Shown: in pieces, positions 1-9,913 of the stretch | Layout of the letters: the number at the start of each line of letters is the position of its first letter | How positions within the stretch are numbered: the first letter of the stretch is position 1 | Source: Escherichia phage Mangalyan | Sequence record: OR449013 | Length of the DNA: 64,000 bases | Reading direction: 5' to 3' (one strand) | Made by a program: the position numbers and the translations under genes | Notes under the pieces: model-generated | Told to the model about the DNA's origin: nothing | The model's database searches: none | What the model saw: the letters and a program-made list of their open reading frames with translations, nothing else

Positions 1-841
1 CAACCAGCAAACCATACTTACCAGCTACATAGCTGAGATCTGCGCCACAAGCTTTCAGCATTTCTGCCATAATGCTTGCCGGAGCCTCGTCCATGTCAAA
101 CTCGCCATTAATGGTGTATCGGCGCTCACTGGTTCCGTCTGCGTTTTTTACCGCCTCGTCGCATATGTTAGCAGCCTCCTTGAAGGACTCCCAGTTGATG
201 GTTTCGTCAGGACATTTAAGGTACGTTCTTAAATAGTCTAGAATCACCAAGGCCGCGTTATTGGTATACACCTCTTTACTGATGCGAGGATCATAGCATT
301 TTTTACCAACCTTAACGAGTGTAACGTTTGGCAACCCAAAAGGAAACTTGTTAGGGTCAAACCTGAAGCTGGCACGTAGCCAACTGATCCCTCTACCTAT
401 CATGTCGGGTGACCATGATGGGCAGTGTGTACCCATGAAAGGATCAGATGTTTTTCTGTCGTTATGTAGCTCCCACGATACCAGATCTCCATACGAGGAA
501 ATAGGATTACCGTCGATAAGTATATCTTCTATACCTTCCAGAGGGTGATTGGCAAGAACAATAGCACAATGGAGGGTTCTGTCGCTATCCTGCTCCAAAA
601 ACGCAAGCAATCCGGATGTGCGTGTCTTCCCATACACTACAGAGCAGGGTGCAGCAGAAGATCTGAGAAGCTTTTGTCTATCTTGCTGACTTCTGTAAGA
701 TTTGTTGCCCTCAAAAATCTTATCCAGAGTTCTGGTGGTAACAGTGTTCAGGCTGTCAGCCAGAGCTGCCTTGGATGCGTTCCAGTCATAACTTGAAGAT
801 CTTGCAGAAGCAACGATGTTATCAATCATTGCAATTGGCAT
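1..841 (-). CDS. tail tip/hub protein, lambda gpJ-like central domain (5' part only; gene runs off the window start)
   Basis: Minus-strand frame open from ATG at 841-839 to position 1; start overlaps stop of upstream gene (TAATG). Translation carries NNAALVILDYL / WESFKEAANICDE / ERRYTINGEF, recalled as the gpJ-type host-specificity pattern. Plus-strand ORFs 348-1008 are shadows. Confidence 0.5.
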   Translation of the reverse strand, partial: MPIAMIDNIVASARSSSYDWNASKAALADSLNTVTTRTLDKIFEGNKSYRSQQDRQKLLRSSAAPCSVVYGKTRTSGLLAFLEQDSDRTLHCAIVLANHPLEGIEDILIDGNPISSYGDLVSWELHNDRKTSDPFMGTHCPSWSPDMIGRGISWLRASFRFDPNKFPFGLPNVTLVKVGKKCYDPRISKEVYTNNAALVILDYLRTYLKCPDETINWESFKEAANICDEAVKNADGTSERRYTINGEFDMDEAPASIMAEMLKACGADLSYVAGKYGLLV

Positions 842-1278
842 TAATACCTCCAGACATCAACAACTATAGAATCTTTCATGTCGAACATAAAGACCCCTTT
901 ATCACCTTTCGCCCAAATCTGGTTGTTCCAGAACACACCAGCGGTGAGCCCGTTCAGACCTTCGAAGATAACAATATCGCCACGCTGAACCTGTTTAGGA
1001 GTATCTAGTCGAGTCATAAAGAGATCAAAAATAGTAGGCAGGTGTGTGGTTTTGAAACGGAGCATGCACCATCTTTTGCTTTCCAACTCTGTTTTATATG
1101 TTCCTTCGAAGTTAGAAAGAAAATCTGTTCCGTATTGGGCATCAACACACTTAGCTGCAAAGGTGCAGCAATCGTGGAATCCCCATTCAAAAGGTATGGT
1201 GGCCTCTTCGTCAAACACTTTCCACAATCTTTCTTGCCAATCCACTAAACGAGGGTGTGTGCTCATTAAACCTCCCAA
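841..1278 (-). CDS. putative tail-associated NlpC/P60-like peptidase
   Basis: 145-aa ORF with HDCCTF Cys motif and later GDIVIF; lies between distal tail genes. Confidence 0.35.
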   Translation of the reverse strand: MGGLMSTHPRLVDWQERLWKVFDEEATIPFEWGFHDCCTFAAKCVDAQYGTDFLSNFEGTYKTELESKRWCMLRFKTTHLPTIFDLFMTRLDTPKQVQRGDIVIFEGLNGLTAGVFWNNQIWAKGDKGVFMFDMKDSIVVDVWRY

Positions 1279-1832
1279 ATGATCGGGCGGCTCGCCACCT
1301 GATCCACATATTTAAAAAATCTGTCATTATCGTTTCTTGAGCTGTGGCTTTCGTCCGTGTACCGATAAGGAAAACCTCTTAACCAACTGTTAAAGATGGA
1401 AGAGATGGATATGGACAAAGCGCTATTCTCACCTGTCTGAATAGCCATATCTGTTATAAGGCCGTCAAACAAGCCATTAGTTGTAACAGGCAGACCATTC
1501 TCCATAGCGGTAATGTACAACGTGGCACGACAACCAGAATACTCAGTCTTTAGCAGATCACCCACATACTTAGGATCAAACCCGTTCAATGTCGCTACCA
1601 CAGATCCGAAGTTGGTGGCATCTTTCTCAGACACAGCAGTTAACGTTGCTGATCCACCTATCCCTATAAAATGTTGCCCCTCAATTACTACAACACCAGT
1701 GCCTGAGCACACCCTGACAGTTCCTGTCGGTAGCTCCAGCTTTGCAGCAATTAAGATCTCAACACCATCAAGCTCCAGCTTTTCAAGAAATAAATTATCT
1801 AATGGCGCTCTGATCATCTTAGAAATCCTCAA
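1266..1832 (-). CDS. hypothetical distal tail/baseplate protein
   Basis: 188-aa ORF overlapping neighbours by a few nt in the late operon; no firm motif. Confidence 0.4.
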   Translation of the reverse strand: MRISKMIRAPLDNLFLEKLELDGVEILIAAKLELPTGTVRVCSGTGVVVIEGQHFIGIGGSATLTAVSEKDATNFGSVVATLNGFDPKYVGDLLKTEYSGCRATLYITAMENGLPVTTNGLFDGLITDMAIQTGENSALSISISSIFNSWLRGFPYRYTDESHSSRNDNDRFFKYVDQVASRPIIWEV

Positions 1833-2409
1833 AGAAGTTGATAACTATATTATCACCTTTTTGCATAGCATCGACTTTTTGCTTAATTTTATAAATATCT
1901 CTGATATGAAACCTACCCTTCGGGGATTGAGTTATTATCTTCATAGTGTCCCCTGCGGCAATAGGTTTTCTAAGTCTTGGAGATATGCTTATAACAGCAG
2001 ACCCAACACCATCGCTACGCACTGGAGCTGTTACCACTTTCAATTCATCATTGACAGATATTTTATCCCCAGCTCTAGCTATGTCTCTGTTTGGCTCCCA
2101 CCCAACCGTCTTCAAAAAATCGTCGTTACCAGTAGGCCCAAGGGCGATTGGCTCATTAGCTGTAACTGAGTGACCGTAAGTTTTAATAAGAAAGATGTTT
2201 CCATCTCTATACACCTGATCAACAAAGCTCTTAAGCTCCAGCAACTGTGACTCGCTGATATTGGAAACTGTCAAAGTGCCTTTCCAATTAGGTGTGGCAT
2301 AGGTTACTTTTTGCGTTTTACCTGTAAACGGACTTTTAAACGTAACAATATCTGCCAGCAGCTCCAATCTAATATCCGGAAGGTATCTAGGCCTTTCCCA
2401 TAAAAACAT
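1819..2409 (-). CDS. hypothetical distal tail/baseplate protein
   Basis: 196-aa ORF, translationally coupled to downstream gene. Confidence 0.4.
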   Translation of the reverse strand: MFLWERPRYLPDIRLELLADIVTFKSPFTGKTQKVTYATPNWKGTLTVSNISESQLLELKSFVDQVYRDGNIFLIKTYGHSVTANEPIALGPTGNDDFLKTVGWEPNRDIARAGDKISVNDELKVVTAPVRSDGVGSAVISISPRLRKPIAAGDTMKIITQSPKGRFHIRDIYKIKQKVDAMQKGDNIVINFFEDF

Positions 2410-2471
2410 TGTGCCTCCAGGTTAAACAATCATGATAGTTATTTTACCAGATTTTAAGTTAATACGCAATA

Positions 2472-2501
2472 CAAACAAAAAGCCCCCGCCGAAGCGAGGG
2501 C
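2472..2501 (-). terminator. rho-independent terminator
   Basis: Minus-strand GCCCTCGC-TTCG-GCGGGGGC hairpin followed by a T-run, just 3' of the 2508-2840 gene. Confidence 0.6.
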
Positions 2502-2507
2502 AATACT

Positions 2508-2840
2508 TTAAAGTGCTTCCAAGGTGGATACTGATGGGTCGAACATGTTCAACCTTATCGGATCTACAACTTTTCCGCTTTTAGAGACGATGTTTTCTGC
2601 ATCCTCGTCCAGAGCCAGAACGTTAACATAAAACAATTCACTTTTCTCGCAAACCGGGTAGACAACCATGTTGCCAAATTCATCTTCGGCCTCATAAGTG
2701 TCTCCAGTCTCTGTGTAAATGAACCCGACAACCTCTACAAGAAGGGTGTTTTGCAACACCTCATTCTCGTAAAAGCCGATTTCGTCCATGAAACCGTTAA
2801 AATCCTCCCTGTCAGTAAACCCAAGGGTAAAAGTATTCAT
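2508..2840 (-). CDS. hypothetical acidic protein (possible fibre assembly factor)
   Basis: 110-aa acidic ORF immediately 3' of the 1479-aa fibre gene. Confidence 0.4.
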   Translation of the reverse strand: MNTFTLGFTDREDFNGFMDEIGFYENEVLQNTLLVEVVGFIYTETGDTYEAEDEFGNMVVYPVCEKSELFYVNVLALDEDAENIVSKSGKVVDPIRLNMFDPSVSTLEAL

Positions 2841-5800
2841 TATTCAACACTCTCCATCATAAGCTGGGTGTCTGTCAGTGCAGAGTTCCAAACTCTTATG
2901 TCCTTAATATGACCAAATAAGTGTCTTTCACCTGTCGCCGTTTGACCACCAATGCGGATGAAAGCGCCTCCTGCTAGGAATTCCCAAGAAGACTGCGTTT
3001 CCGTGCTCACCAGTCCGTTAGCAAAAGAGCAGGTTTTACCGTCATCTTTTATCCTGAACCCAATTTTCAATTTACGGGCTTTAGCCATCTCGTAAACACG
3101 TCTGTTTGACCCTCCAATATCACAGTATGGATAACCGTCCTTCGCAATATTTGTTGCAGAGCCAAACCCCATGATAAATGCAGCACCGGATTGATGACCC
3201 TCTGTATCAATAACCCTAGGGGCTGCGTTAGGAGCTTTGCCCCAGCCTCTCCAGTTGGCATCAACCGTAGCGGCGATAGTGAATGGTCTGGGCGCTAGGT
3301 TATCCGTCATTGGGAATTTACAAAGATCTGCCGCCCTGGTTACAGGTGAAGACCCTGTAGGGATAAACGAGGACTCACAAGATCCCAACTCAAACTGAGG
3401 TATTGCAACGTCAACCCAATCCCCTACGGCATGTTGAGAACTCTCCGGCGGGGCAATCTGGAACTGGCAACCGATATTCCTGTCAGAGGACACTGCCTCA
3501 AACGTAGCAACAACCCTTATCCAAGCAGGTCCGGCTGTTTGCCATCTCTCAGCTTTTACTTTAATTCTCCCCGCTGCAACACCTGTTGTTTTAACTTCAA
3601 GTGTTGACAGGTTAACATAAGCATCACCTTGAAATGTTGTGGTGGATCCGTCGTACATGTCGAATCTTATACGTAATCTCCGGTTCGCTTTACCTCCCCT
3701 TGCAATAATAGACCCAGTACAGAATTTCTCAGCACCTGTTACATCGGCACCTCTGGTGGCTGGAACTGTAGCAAGGTTTAACGCTGTTGTTTCCACACCG
3801 GATGCAGTGTTTACTGTAAATCTTGCACCTTTTGTGCCGTTGGTGTTTGTCACAGTACCACCAACAGTAATCTGTTGACTGGCTCCCCATTTACTAGGGT
3901 CTTCACTGTTAAGCATTAGGTTTGTCCTTTGCCCTTCAATAAGCAGACCATCTCTTTCAAAACGTGGTTGGTTTGCTTGTGCAACAGCCATAACACCACG
4001 CTTAGTGAAATAGGTTGCTGTAGAAGGTCTGGAGAAGACCATCTCACCTTCACCCAGTGCAGGTTTTAGGTTAGAGGTTAAAGGCAACCACAAGTCAGGC
4101 ATAACTGGAGCGGTGGTGTTTTCTGGGAAGCTTGTTCTCTTCCAAGGGCTCCAAGCCATTCCGCTGCCAAGGTTATTGTAATACCTTTCCCATGTTCCAC
4201 CAAGATACATTTTATATATCTGGATACAACCTGTTCCTTCGTTAGCGGAGTTTCTAAGAACGATCAGCGTACCAGCCATCTGCTGCCCTGGTGGGTAATT
4301 TCTTTCCGCTGTGGCGTTGGCATTTGCCTCTTGATGGTAAATCCCTTCACGATCTGCCTTGTAGTCGTTAAGGTCATTAGTTCCCAACCCTTGACCACGG
4401 TGCTGAATAACTTTGTTCCACGCTCTGTGGTTTCCCTGCTCTATGGAACGAGTGTACAGCTGATCTAAACGACCTGCCATCTGGAAAGCGTAGTTTCCAG
4501 AAAATGCCACAGACAACCCACCAACAACCATCGATCCTTCAGGTCCGTTGACATTGCCTGCCATTATTTTAGAAGGGTTGTTATTCCCGAACTGGTTGTT
4601 CCAGTCTGCACCTGTGTGGCATACAAAACCACCTGGTGCTGAGAAAGTACCATCCTTGTTGAAGTTGTAGAATCTATGAGCTGTGCCTACAACATCGCGA
4701 ACAATAACTTGACCCGCTTCCGGAGTAGATCTGAACTCTGCCTGACCTTTGAGACCAGCACCATTACCGCATTTAGAGGTAAACGTACCGTTAGTCAGAT
4801 CCTCTGTCCCATCGGATGCACACTGGAATCCTGCATTAGAGAATAACGCCTTTCTAGGACTGCCGTAGCACAAATAGTCAAGACCGTCTGCCCATAGCTC
4901 GACTTTTGGCATATTCATTTTGCTCATCACAGCATAGCGTTCAGCAGAACCTATATAGTGCCACTGTGTGCCGCCACCAGTGTAGAATCCTGAAGTACCT
5001 TTGAAGTCAACAATAGGTCTGGTATTGGTGTTGTTATCTCCAAGAATAGCAAGATTCAAATCTGCTGATTGAAGAGGTGCAACGAACTTAACCCCATCCT
5101 GATTGTTTGTTACAGAGCCGACTTGATAATCTTGCTCTCTGGTAAACACTTCGACAACATTTCTACTTGCGTATATGCTGACAGGGAAAGCACGAGCCTC
5201 TGCATAGAAAGCAACATACTCTTGTTTACCCCTTGTTGGAGCAACCATCCCAAGAAGTGCTTTTTCATTCTGGTAGAAATTTACTACCCCGTAGAAAGAG
5301 TCTCCCCTGTCCGTCCAGCCGCCAGTTCTATAGTGACACTGCAGGGTGGCACAGTTCATAGGGTCATTTCCAGATGAAGACCTGGTGACTATAGTAATAT
5401 CTGTACCTGTCGAATGGGCGTAATACGGATCTGTTCTAACGATGATTGGGTAGTATTTCCCATCTTCCATTCCTGCAGTTCTTGGCAGTGTTAAGAAGTC
5501 TTTTACACCTGCTGCTATAGGAACTTTGAACAGATTCTGAGCATCTGCTAAAGTTGTAGCCCCGGTGCCACCTGCGGCTTGAGGTAGAGGTTCCCACTTG
5601 GCCTTCCGGTTGTTATAAACACCCCATTCCAGAGTGCCGTTACCGGATTCGTCCATCTCACCATCCCAGATAACCATCTTGGCGGCTTTCTTGGACCCCC
5701 AGAAGCCTCTTTCTGCTCCTGAACTACGAATCCACTCTCCAAGTCCCCAGTTTGTCAGCTGACCAGTAAGATCCCCAACCTGCATGTATTTAGGACAGTC

Positions 5801-7279
5801 TAACACGCCGTCTTCGCGGAAACCTAAATATCTATGGGTTTCAGATCCTTTTGCACCTTTGTGCAGGTGGATTGTCAACCAAGCCTTATTGTCGTTTCTT
5901 ACCTCAGAGTAGATCCTATATCCATGCTCAAGGACACCGTCAGCGCTGTATTTGTCCCCGTTAACAATACCTGATGCTGACTTAACATCAGCAGAACTTT
6001 GAGACAGGTAAAGGTGCCCGAAGGTAGGGGAGTTTCTAGACCCGAGACCGATGTGCGATCTAAAGGTATCATCGTTACGAGGTCTGACCATTGGCTGCCA
6101 TGCAGTCCACTGGTTTGTGTTGGCCTGATAGGTTCTCAAATACCAAACATCCACGTTAGAGAATGGATAGTATTCCTGACGACAACCTGTACCGCCGTTA
6201 GCATTGTTCTGCCAAACAATCAAGTGACCAGCACCAGAACCTGCAGGGTAACCATTTGCCTCAGTTGCATAAGCAGTCATCGGCTGGTAGTATACACCAT
6301 CCTGATTACCAGTCAAGTTATTGATATTGAAATTTGACTCAAGAGCTGCACGTTGCTTATAGAAAGCCCCTAAGTTAATGCGTGCACCTGCGGCATCTCT
6401 GGCCCCCGTACCGCCTTGCTCTATAGCAAGAGGCTGCCACGAGGCTGTTTGTTGGTTCCACATGCCCCAACGGCCTGTTGCGTCAAGCTGCAAGTACCCT
6501 GCCGTGTTTAAATCATCTCCAGCACGGATAACTGTTCTTGTTGGGTTGTTTGCCTCCAGGCGTTTAAATTCATCACGAAGTGCTATTCTTTTTGTTGTTG
6601 CTACACCGTTGGTTACTGCGATGGTATACATGGCTCCGGATGTAGCGCCACGGAAAATACCATCAACAGTTGTAGTATCACGACGAGATACCACACCGTT
6701 CAGAAATTTTTCACCAGCTGCTACAGAAGGGTAGTTGGTGGTTCTTCCCTCTTCAATAACTGCAGGACCCACAAAGTTATCAAGGTGAATAACATCACCT
6801 ACAGTGTGCACCGTACCAAAATCTACACGCTGTGCAAGTGCTTTAGCATCGTTAGCTGTCTGAACAGTAACATCCATTACATCCTGGACAGACTGCCCTT
6901 CGGCTGTCATGATCATAGATGCGCCAATGGTAGATTCCAGCTCCTCCCTTAGGGACGGGTCAGTATATACCATCCATGCAGCGTCAGTAATCCCACCATC
7001 GGAGTACGGTGAAGATAGTGCAGGAACAGTGTGTGGAAATTCGCCTTTCCAACGCAGGTAGAGATCTTCCTCTTCGAAATAGGCAAAATCCATTGGGCCG
7101 TTTAACTTACCACCTTCCTTAAAGGAGATTACATGAGAAACAGTCCCATCCACATGGACAACATCGCCAATTTTTACACGACGGGTCAGGTCTGGTTGTT
7201 GAACAACCAGGTAATCATCCTCTGTCACTGCGGTAGTGGCAGGAAGAGATTCAATTCTGACAACTTTAATATCAGCCAT
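2840..7279 (-). CDS. tail fibre / tailspike protein (1479 aa)
   Basis: Very long ORF with AGGAGAAA SD; N-terminal ~100 aa shares a domain with the 222-aa protein at 9914-10582 (DDYLVVQQPDLTRRVKIGDVV vs DDFLVVNQTDGTRKAKIDDVV); Gly/Thr/Asn-rich body typical of fibres. Confidence 0.65.
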   Translation of the reverse strand: MADIKVVRIESLPATTAVTEDDYLVVQQPDLTRRVKIGDVVHVDGTVSHVISFKEGGKLNGPMDFAYFEEEDLYLRWKGEFPHTVPALSSPYSDGGITDAAWMVYTDPSLREELESTIGASMIMTAEGQSVQDVMDVTVQTANDAKALAQRVDFGTVHTVGDVIHLDNFVGPAVIEEGRTTNYPSVAAGEKFLNGVVSRRDTTTVDGIFRGATSGAMYTIAVTNGVATTKRIALRDEFKRLEANNPTRTVIRAGDDLNTAGYLQLDATGRWGMWNQQTASWQPLAIEQGGTGARDAAGARINLGAFYKQRAALESNFNINNLTGNQDGVYYQPMTAYATEANGYPAGSGAGHLIVWQNNANGGTGCRQEYYPFSNVDVWYLRTYQANTNQWTAWQPMVRPRNDDTFRSHIGLGSRNSPTFGHLYLSQSSADVKSASGIVNGDKYSADGVLEHGYRIYSEVRNDNKAWLTIHLHKGAKGSETHRYLGFREDGVLDCPKYMQVGDLTGQLTNWGLGEWIRSSGAERGFWGSKKAAKMVIWDGEMDESGNGTLEWGVYNNRKAKWEPLPQAAGGTGATTLADAQNLFKVPIAAGVKDFLTLPRTAGMEDGKYYPIIVRTDPYYAHSTGTDITIVTRSSSGNDPMNCATLQCHYRTGGWTDRGDSFYGVVNFYQNEKALLGMVAPTRGKQEYVAFYAEARAFPVSIYASRNVVEVFTREQDYQVGSVTNNQDGVKFVAPLQSADLNLAILGDNNTNTRPIVDFKGTSGFYTGGGTQWHYIGSAERYAVMSKMNMPKVELWADGLDYLCYGSPRKALFSNAGFQCASDGTEDLTNGTFTSKCGNGAGLKGQAEFRSTPEAGQVIVRDVVGTAHRFYNFNKDGTFSAPGGFVCHTGADWNNQFGNNNPSKIMAGNVNGPEGSMVVGGLSVAFSGNYAFQMAGRLDQLYTRSIEQGNHRAWNKVIQHRGQGLGTNDLNDYKADREGIYHQEANANATAERNYPPGQQMAGTLIVLRNSANEGTGCIQIYKMYLGGTWERYYNNLGSGMAWSPWKRTSFPENTTAPVMPDLWLPLTSNLKPALGEGEMVFSRPSTATYFTKRGVMAVAQANQPRFERDGLLIEGQRTNLMLNSEDPSKWGASQQITVGGTVTNTNGTKGARFTVNTASGVETTALNLATVPATRGADVTGAEKFCTGSIIARGGKANRRLRIRFDMYDGSTTTFQGDAYVNLSTLEVKTTGVAAGRIKVKAERWQTAGPAWIRVVATFEAVSSDRNIGCQFQIAPPESSQHAVGDWVDVAIPQFELGSCESSFIPTGSSPVTRAADLCKFPMTDNLAPRPFTIAATVDANWRGWGKAPNAAPRVIDTEGHQSGAAFIMGFGSATNIAKDGYPYCDIGGSNRRVYEMAKARKLKIGFRIKDDGKTCSFANGLVSTETQSSWEFLAGGAFIRIGGQTATGERHLFGHIKDIRVWNSALTDTQLMMESVE

Positions 7280-7314
7280 TCTTTCTCCTGAAAGGGGGCA
7301 AACAGCCCCCTATG

Positions 7315-9912
7315 TTAAAGGTACAATCCACGGTATTGAGCATAAAGGCCCAGACCGCGAAGGATTTCGCCAGAGTGATAGCCCACCGGATCAGAAACTG
7401 CCCAGCAGCCGTTTAAAACATTATCCCCATTGATGAAGTGGTGCTTTTGCAGTAGCTTCATACAGGCTTCTACAACAATGTCTATTTGAGGTATTGTCTC
7501 TGAATACCCGCACAGACCTAGCCAGCAGCAACCTGCAAGCCATTCACCTACCACCCACATCCTGTCCCCTCTGTCTTGATAAGAATATCCCCCAGAGGTG
7601 TTAAAGTCTGTAGGCAGATTTCCTGAATGAGATGACTGGAATCTGTTGAGGAACCATGCCCATTTCTGGCAGAACAGGAACAGTCTTTCATCAACAGGTT
7701 CTTTATGTTTCTTGAGCTCATATATTGTGCGGCACGCAGCAACAAAAGATCTTGACTGGAGCTTAGAGTTATCTACCATCTCCCACCAACCAGTCAACCC
7801 TTCATTACCTCTCTGCCATACATAACGCGAGGCAACTGGACCCTCTGTCTTAAATGTATTATTATACCAGACTTGAGCGTCATACAGAAATCCTATTGTA
7901 TTTGACAATCTATGGCGATCTATGTTTTCTGCACCCATGCAGTATACTGCTGGGTATTGCATGCCAGGGTATGGCCAATTTGGCTTTTCCTCTAAGAGAT
8001 AGTTTTCCTTATCTATCACCTTTCCGGCAGGGAACACACCTGGTGTGTGCCTGTATGCACCTTGCTTGTAGTTTCTGACATAGCAATCACCAACCTTAGC
8101 GGTTGATTCTGTCTTGCTTGCCATCCATACGCTAAACCATATTAGATAAGCATCCCTATCTGCAATATAGAACTGCGGCAGCGTGTTTACGCAGTACAGA
8201 TCAAACAAGCCATTACCTATCTGCCTGTCGCTTAGGCTGAAATCTACAGAGGTGAGCCCCTTAGGATTAGCAAAGAAAGGTTTAATCTCTTCTTCGGTGT
8301 GATGAGGTTGTGTCGGATCTAGTTTGAAATCTCCTAGAGTAAGAGTTTCTGTTATCCATTGTCCATTAGTGGCATATAGATCAGCATACCATAACCACCT
8401 GTCTTTGTCAAGAAATTTGACCCTTACCATCTCATCATCTGATCGATAAGTTACTGAGTTTAAAGAAATCTCTCTTCCAAAATTGAAAGTTACTTTGCCT
8501 CTTGCTATATTACAACGGGTGAAGTTGTCAGAGTGGTTGTAAATGTCAGTAGCGTACTGCATACTAACACTGGCACCACCGCTCACGGCAATGTTTTCCT
8601 CTTTAGGTAAAAGGTACGGATTACCGTCTTTACCAACTACCTCTACGAAATCAGTAACCTTGGCAACTATTTCTGTTACCTCTGCCCCTCCAAAAGGAAC
8701 CCCTATCCTGTACTGTTTTTTGTTATTGTTGCCATCATTAAGGATGAAATGTGGCTGGAACAGAACCCCTTCTCCTCCGAAATTCATAACAATTTCAGCA
8801 TCTCTGCCTATTTTGTATGTAGTCCCTTTTTGAATTATTTCGCAAGGCTGGCGTGCGTTCATTCTAAAGTTGATATACCCGTCACTGTCTCTGCTCATGA
8901 CAGGAACTGTTCCTGCAACAAGACAAGTACCGTCTGTAAACGGTGCCTTAATCAACGTGGTCTTTCTAAACAGCTTGTCGTAGGCGTTTATATCACTGAA
9001 ATTAAGCAACTTGTTGTAAGACTGTTTAAATGCGGTGTAATACTTTTCCTCACCTGTCAGGGTGTAGAGTTGATAACAAGCGTCACACCACATTTCTTCC
9101 CCGTCCAACTCTGGGGCCTGATTATCTGCAACCACGTTTATAGGATTTACAATTACAGGGGATCCAGCAGGTATCACCGATCCGCCCTGCTCTTGAGGTA
9201 ATCTTACACAATAGGTCACCTTGTGACTGCCTGTAACACCCTTATCTTGTAATTGGATTGTGCCGAACTCTACAGACGTATGACCACTGTCGGCTATGCT
9301 ACCGTTAGCCCAATAGCGGTTACCATCCCATGCTATGTACCACTCAACCCACCAACTTAATCCGGATGTTGTCCAATCTGGGTTAGCATCTGTGCCACCG
9401 TAAACATCAGAGTCTACAGTGTTTCTTCCTAACACACCGTTATACGCTTGGAATGCCTTGTCCAGGTATTCCCCCCATGTCGGAGATCCAGCTGGGATTT
9501 TTCCTCTACCGTTGGTAAAAGACACCACCACATCTTTAAACCCACCGTGTGATGGAACCCCATCTGTGGATAGAGGGTAGTGGGACAATCTTTGCATTTT
9601 ACTTTCTACGGCATATGCACCCAGAAGATGACTATTGTAAGCTTCCCAAGCATCTTTTGCCCTATCCAGATAGAAATCGCTTTTCGATGCCCTATATGCT
9701 TCAATGTATCCCAGAATCAACACAGCTTGGGACTCATGCATTGCCCAATCATTATTTATCTTATTACCTGCCCACCCTGCAGCTATAAGACCATCAGGGT
9801 TTACTAGCTTATTTTGTGTAGGGGTGTTGGTAATACCTGTGTTGTTATCGAGGCACTTCCTGTGCCCCTCAATCATCTGAAATACGTTATCAATGTTGTG
9901 TTGAATACGCAT
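7315..9912 (-). CDS. tail fibre / tailspike protein (865 aa), possible glycan-degrading domain
   Basis: Long ORF starting 1 nt after the stop of the 222-aa anchor-domain protein; Trp/Tyr-rich composition typical of carbohydrate-active spikes. Enzymatic activity is inference. Confidence 0.5.
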   Translation of the reverse strand: MRIQHNIDNVFQMIEGHRKCLDNNTGITNTPTQNKLVNPDGLIAAGWAGNKINNDWAMHESQAVLILGYIEAYRASKSDFYLDRAKDAWEAYNSHLLGAYAVESKMQRLSHYPLSTDGVPSHGGFKDVVVSFTNGRGKIPAGSPTWGEYLDKAFQAYNGVLGRNTVDSDVYGGTDANPDWTTSGLSWWVEWYIAWDGNRYWANGSIADSGHTSVEFGTIQLQDKGVTGSHKVTYCVRLPQEQGGSVIPAGSPVIVNPINVVADNQAPELDGEEMWCDACYQLYTLTGEEKYYTAFKQSYNKLLNFSDINAYDKLFRKTTLIKAPFTDGTCLVAGTVPVMSRDSDGYINFRMNARQPCEIIQKGTTYKIGRDAEIVMNFGGEGVLFQPHFILNDGNNNKKQYRIGVPFGGAEVTEIVAKVTDFVEVVGKDGNPYLLPKEENIAVSGGASVSMQYATDIYNHSDNFTRCNIARGKVTFNFGREISLNSVTYRSDDEMVRVKFLDKDRWLWYADLYATNGQWITETLTLGDFKLDPTQPHHTEEEIKPFFANPKGLTSVDFSLSDRQIGNGLFDLYCVNTLPQFYIADRDAYLIWFSVWMASKTESTAKVGDCYVRNYKQGAYRHTPGVFPAGKVIDKENYLLEEKPNWPYPGMQYPAVYCMGAENIDRHRLSNTIGFLYDAQVWYNNTFKTEGPVASRYVWQRGNEGLTGWWEMVDNSKLQSRSFVAACRTIYELKKHKEPVDERLFLFCQKWAWFLNRFQSSHSGNLPTDFNTSGGYSYQDRGDRMWVVGEWLAGCCWLGLCGYSETIPQIDIVVEACMKLLQKHHFINGDNVLNGCWAVSDPVGYHSGEILRGLGLYAQYRGLYL

Positions 9913-9913
9913 C

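Noticed and set aside
348-1008. Plus-strand ORFs (66, 83, 77 aa) at the left edge
   Set aside because: They lie antisense within a long, motif-bearing minus-strand gene (gpJ-like) and have no SD sequences; treated as shadow ORFs, like most opposite-strand ORFs in the track.
2840-7279. The 1479-aa ORF as the tape measure protein
   Set aside because: The 778-aa ORF at 14383-16719 is positioned directly after the chaperone pair and has tape-measure-like composition; the 1479-aa protein shares an N-terminal anchor with another fibre protein and has fibre-like composition.
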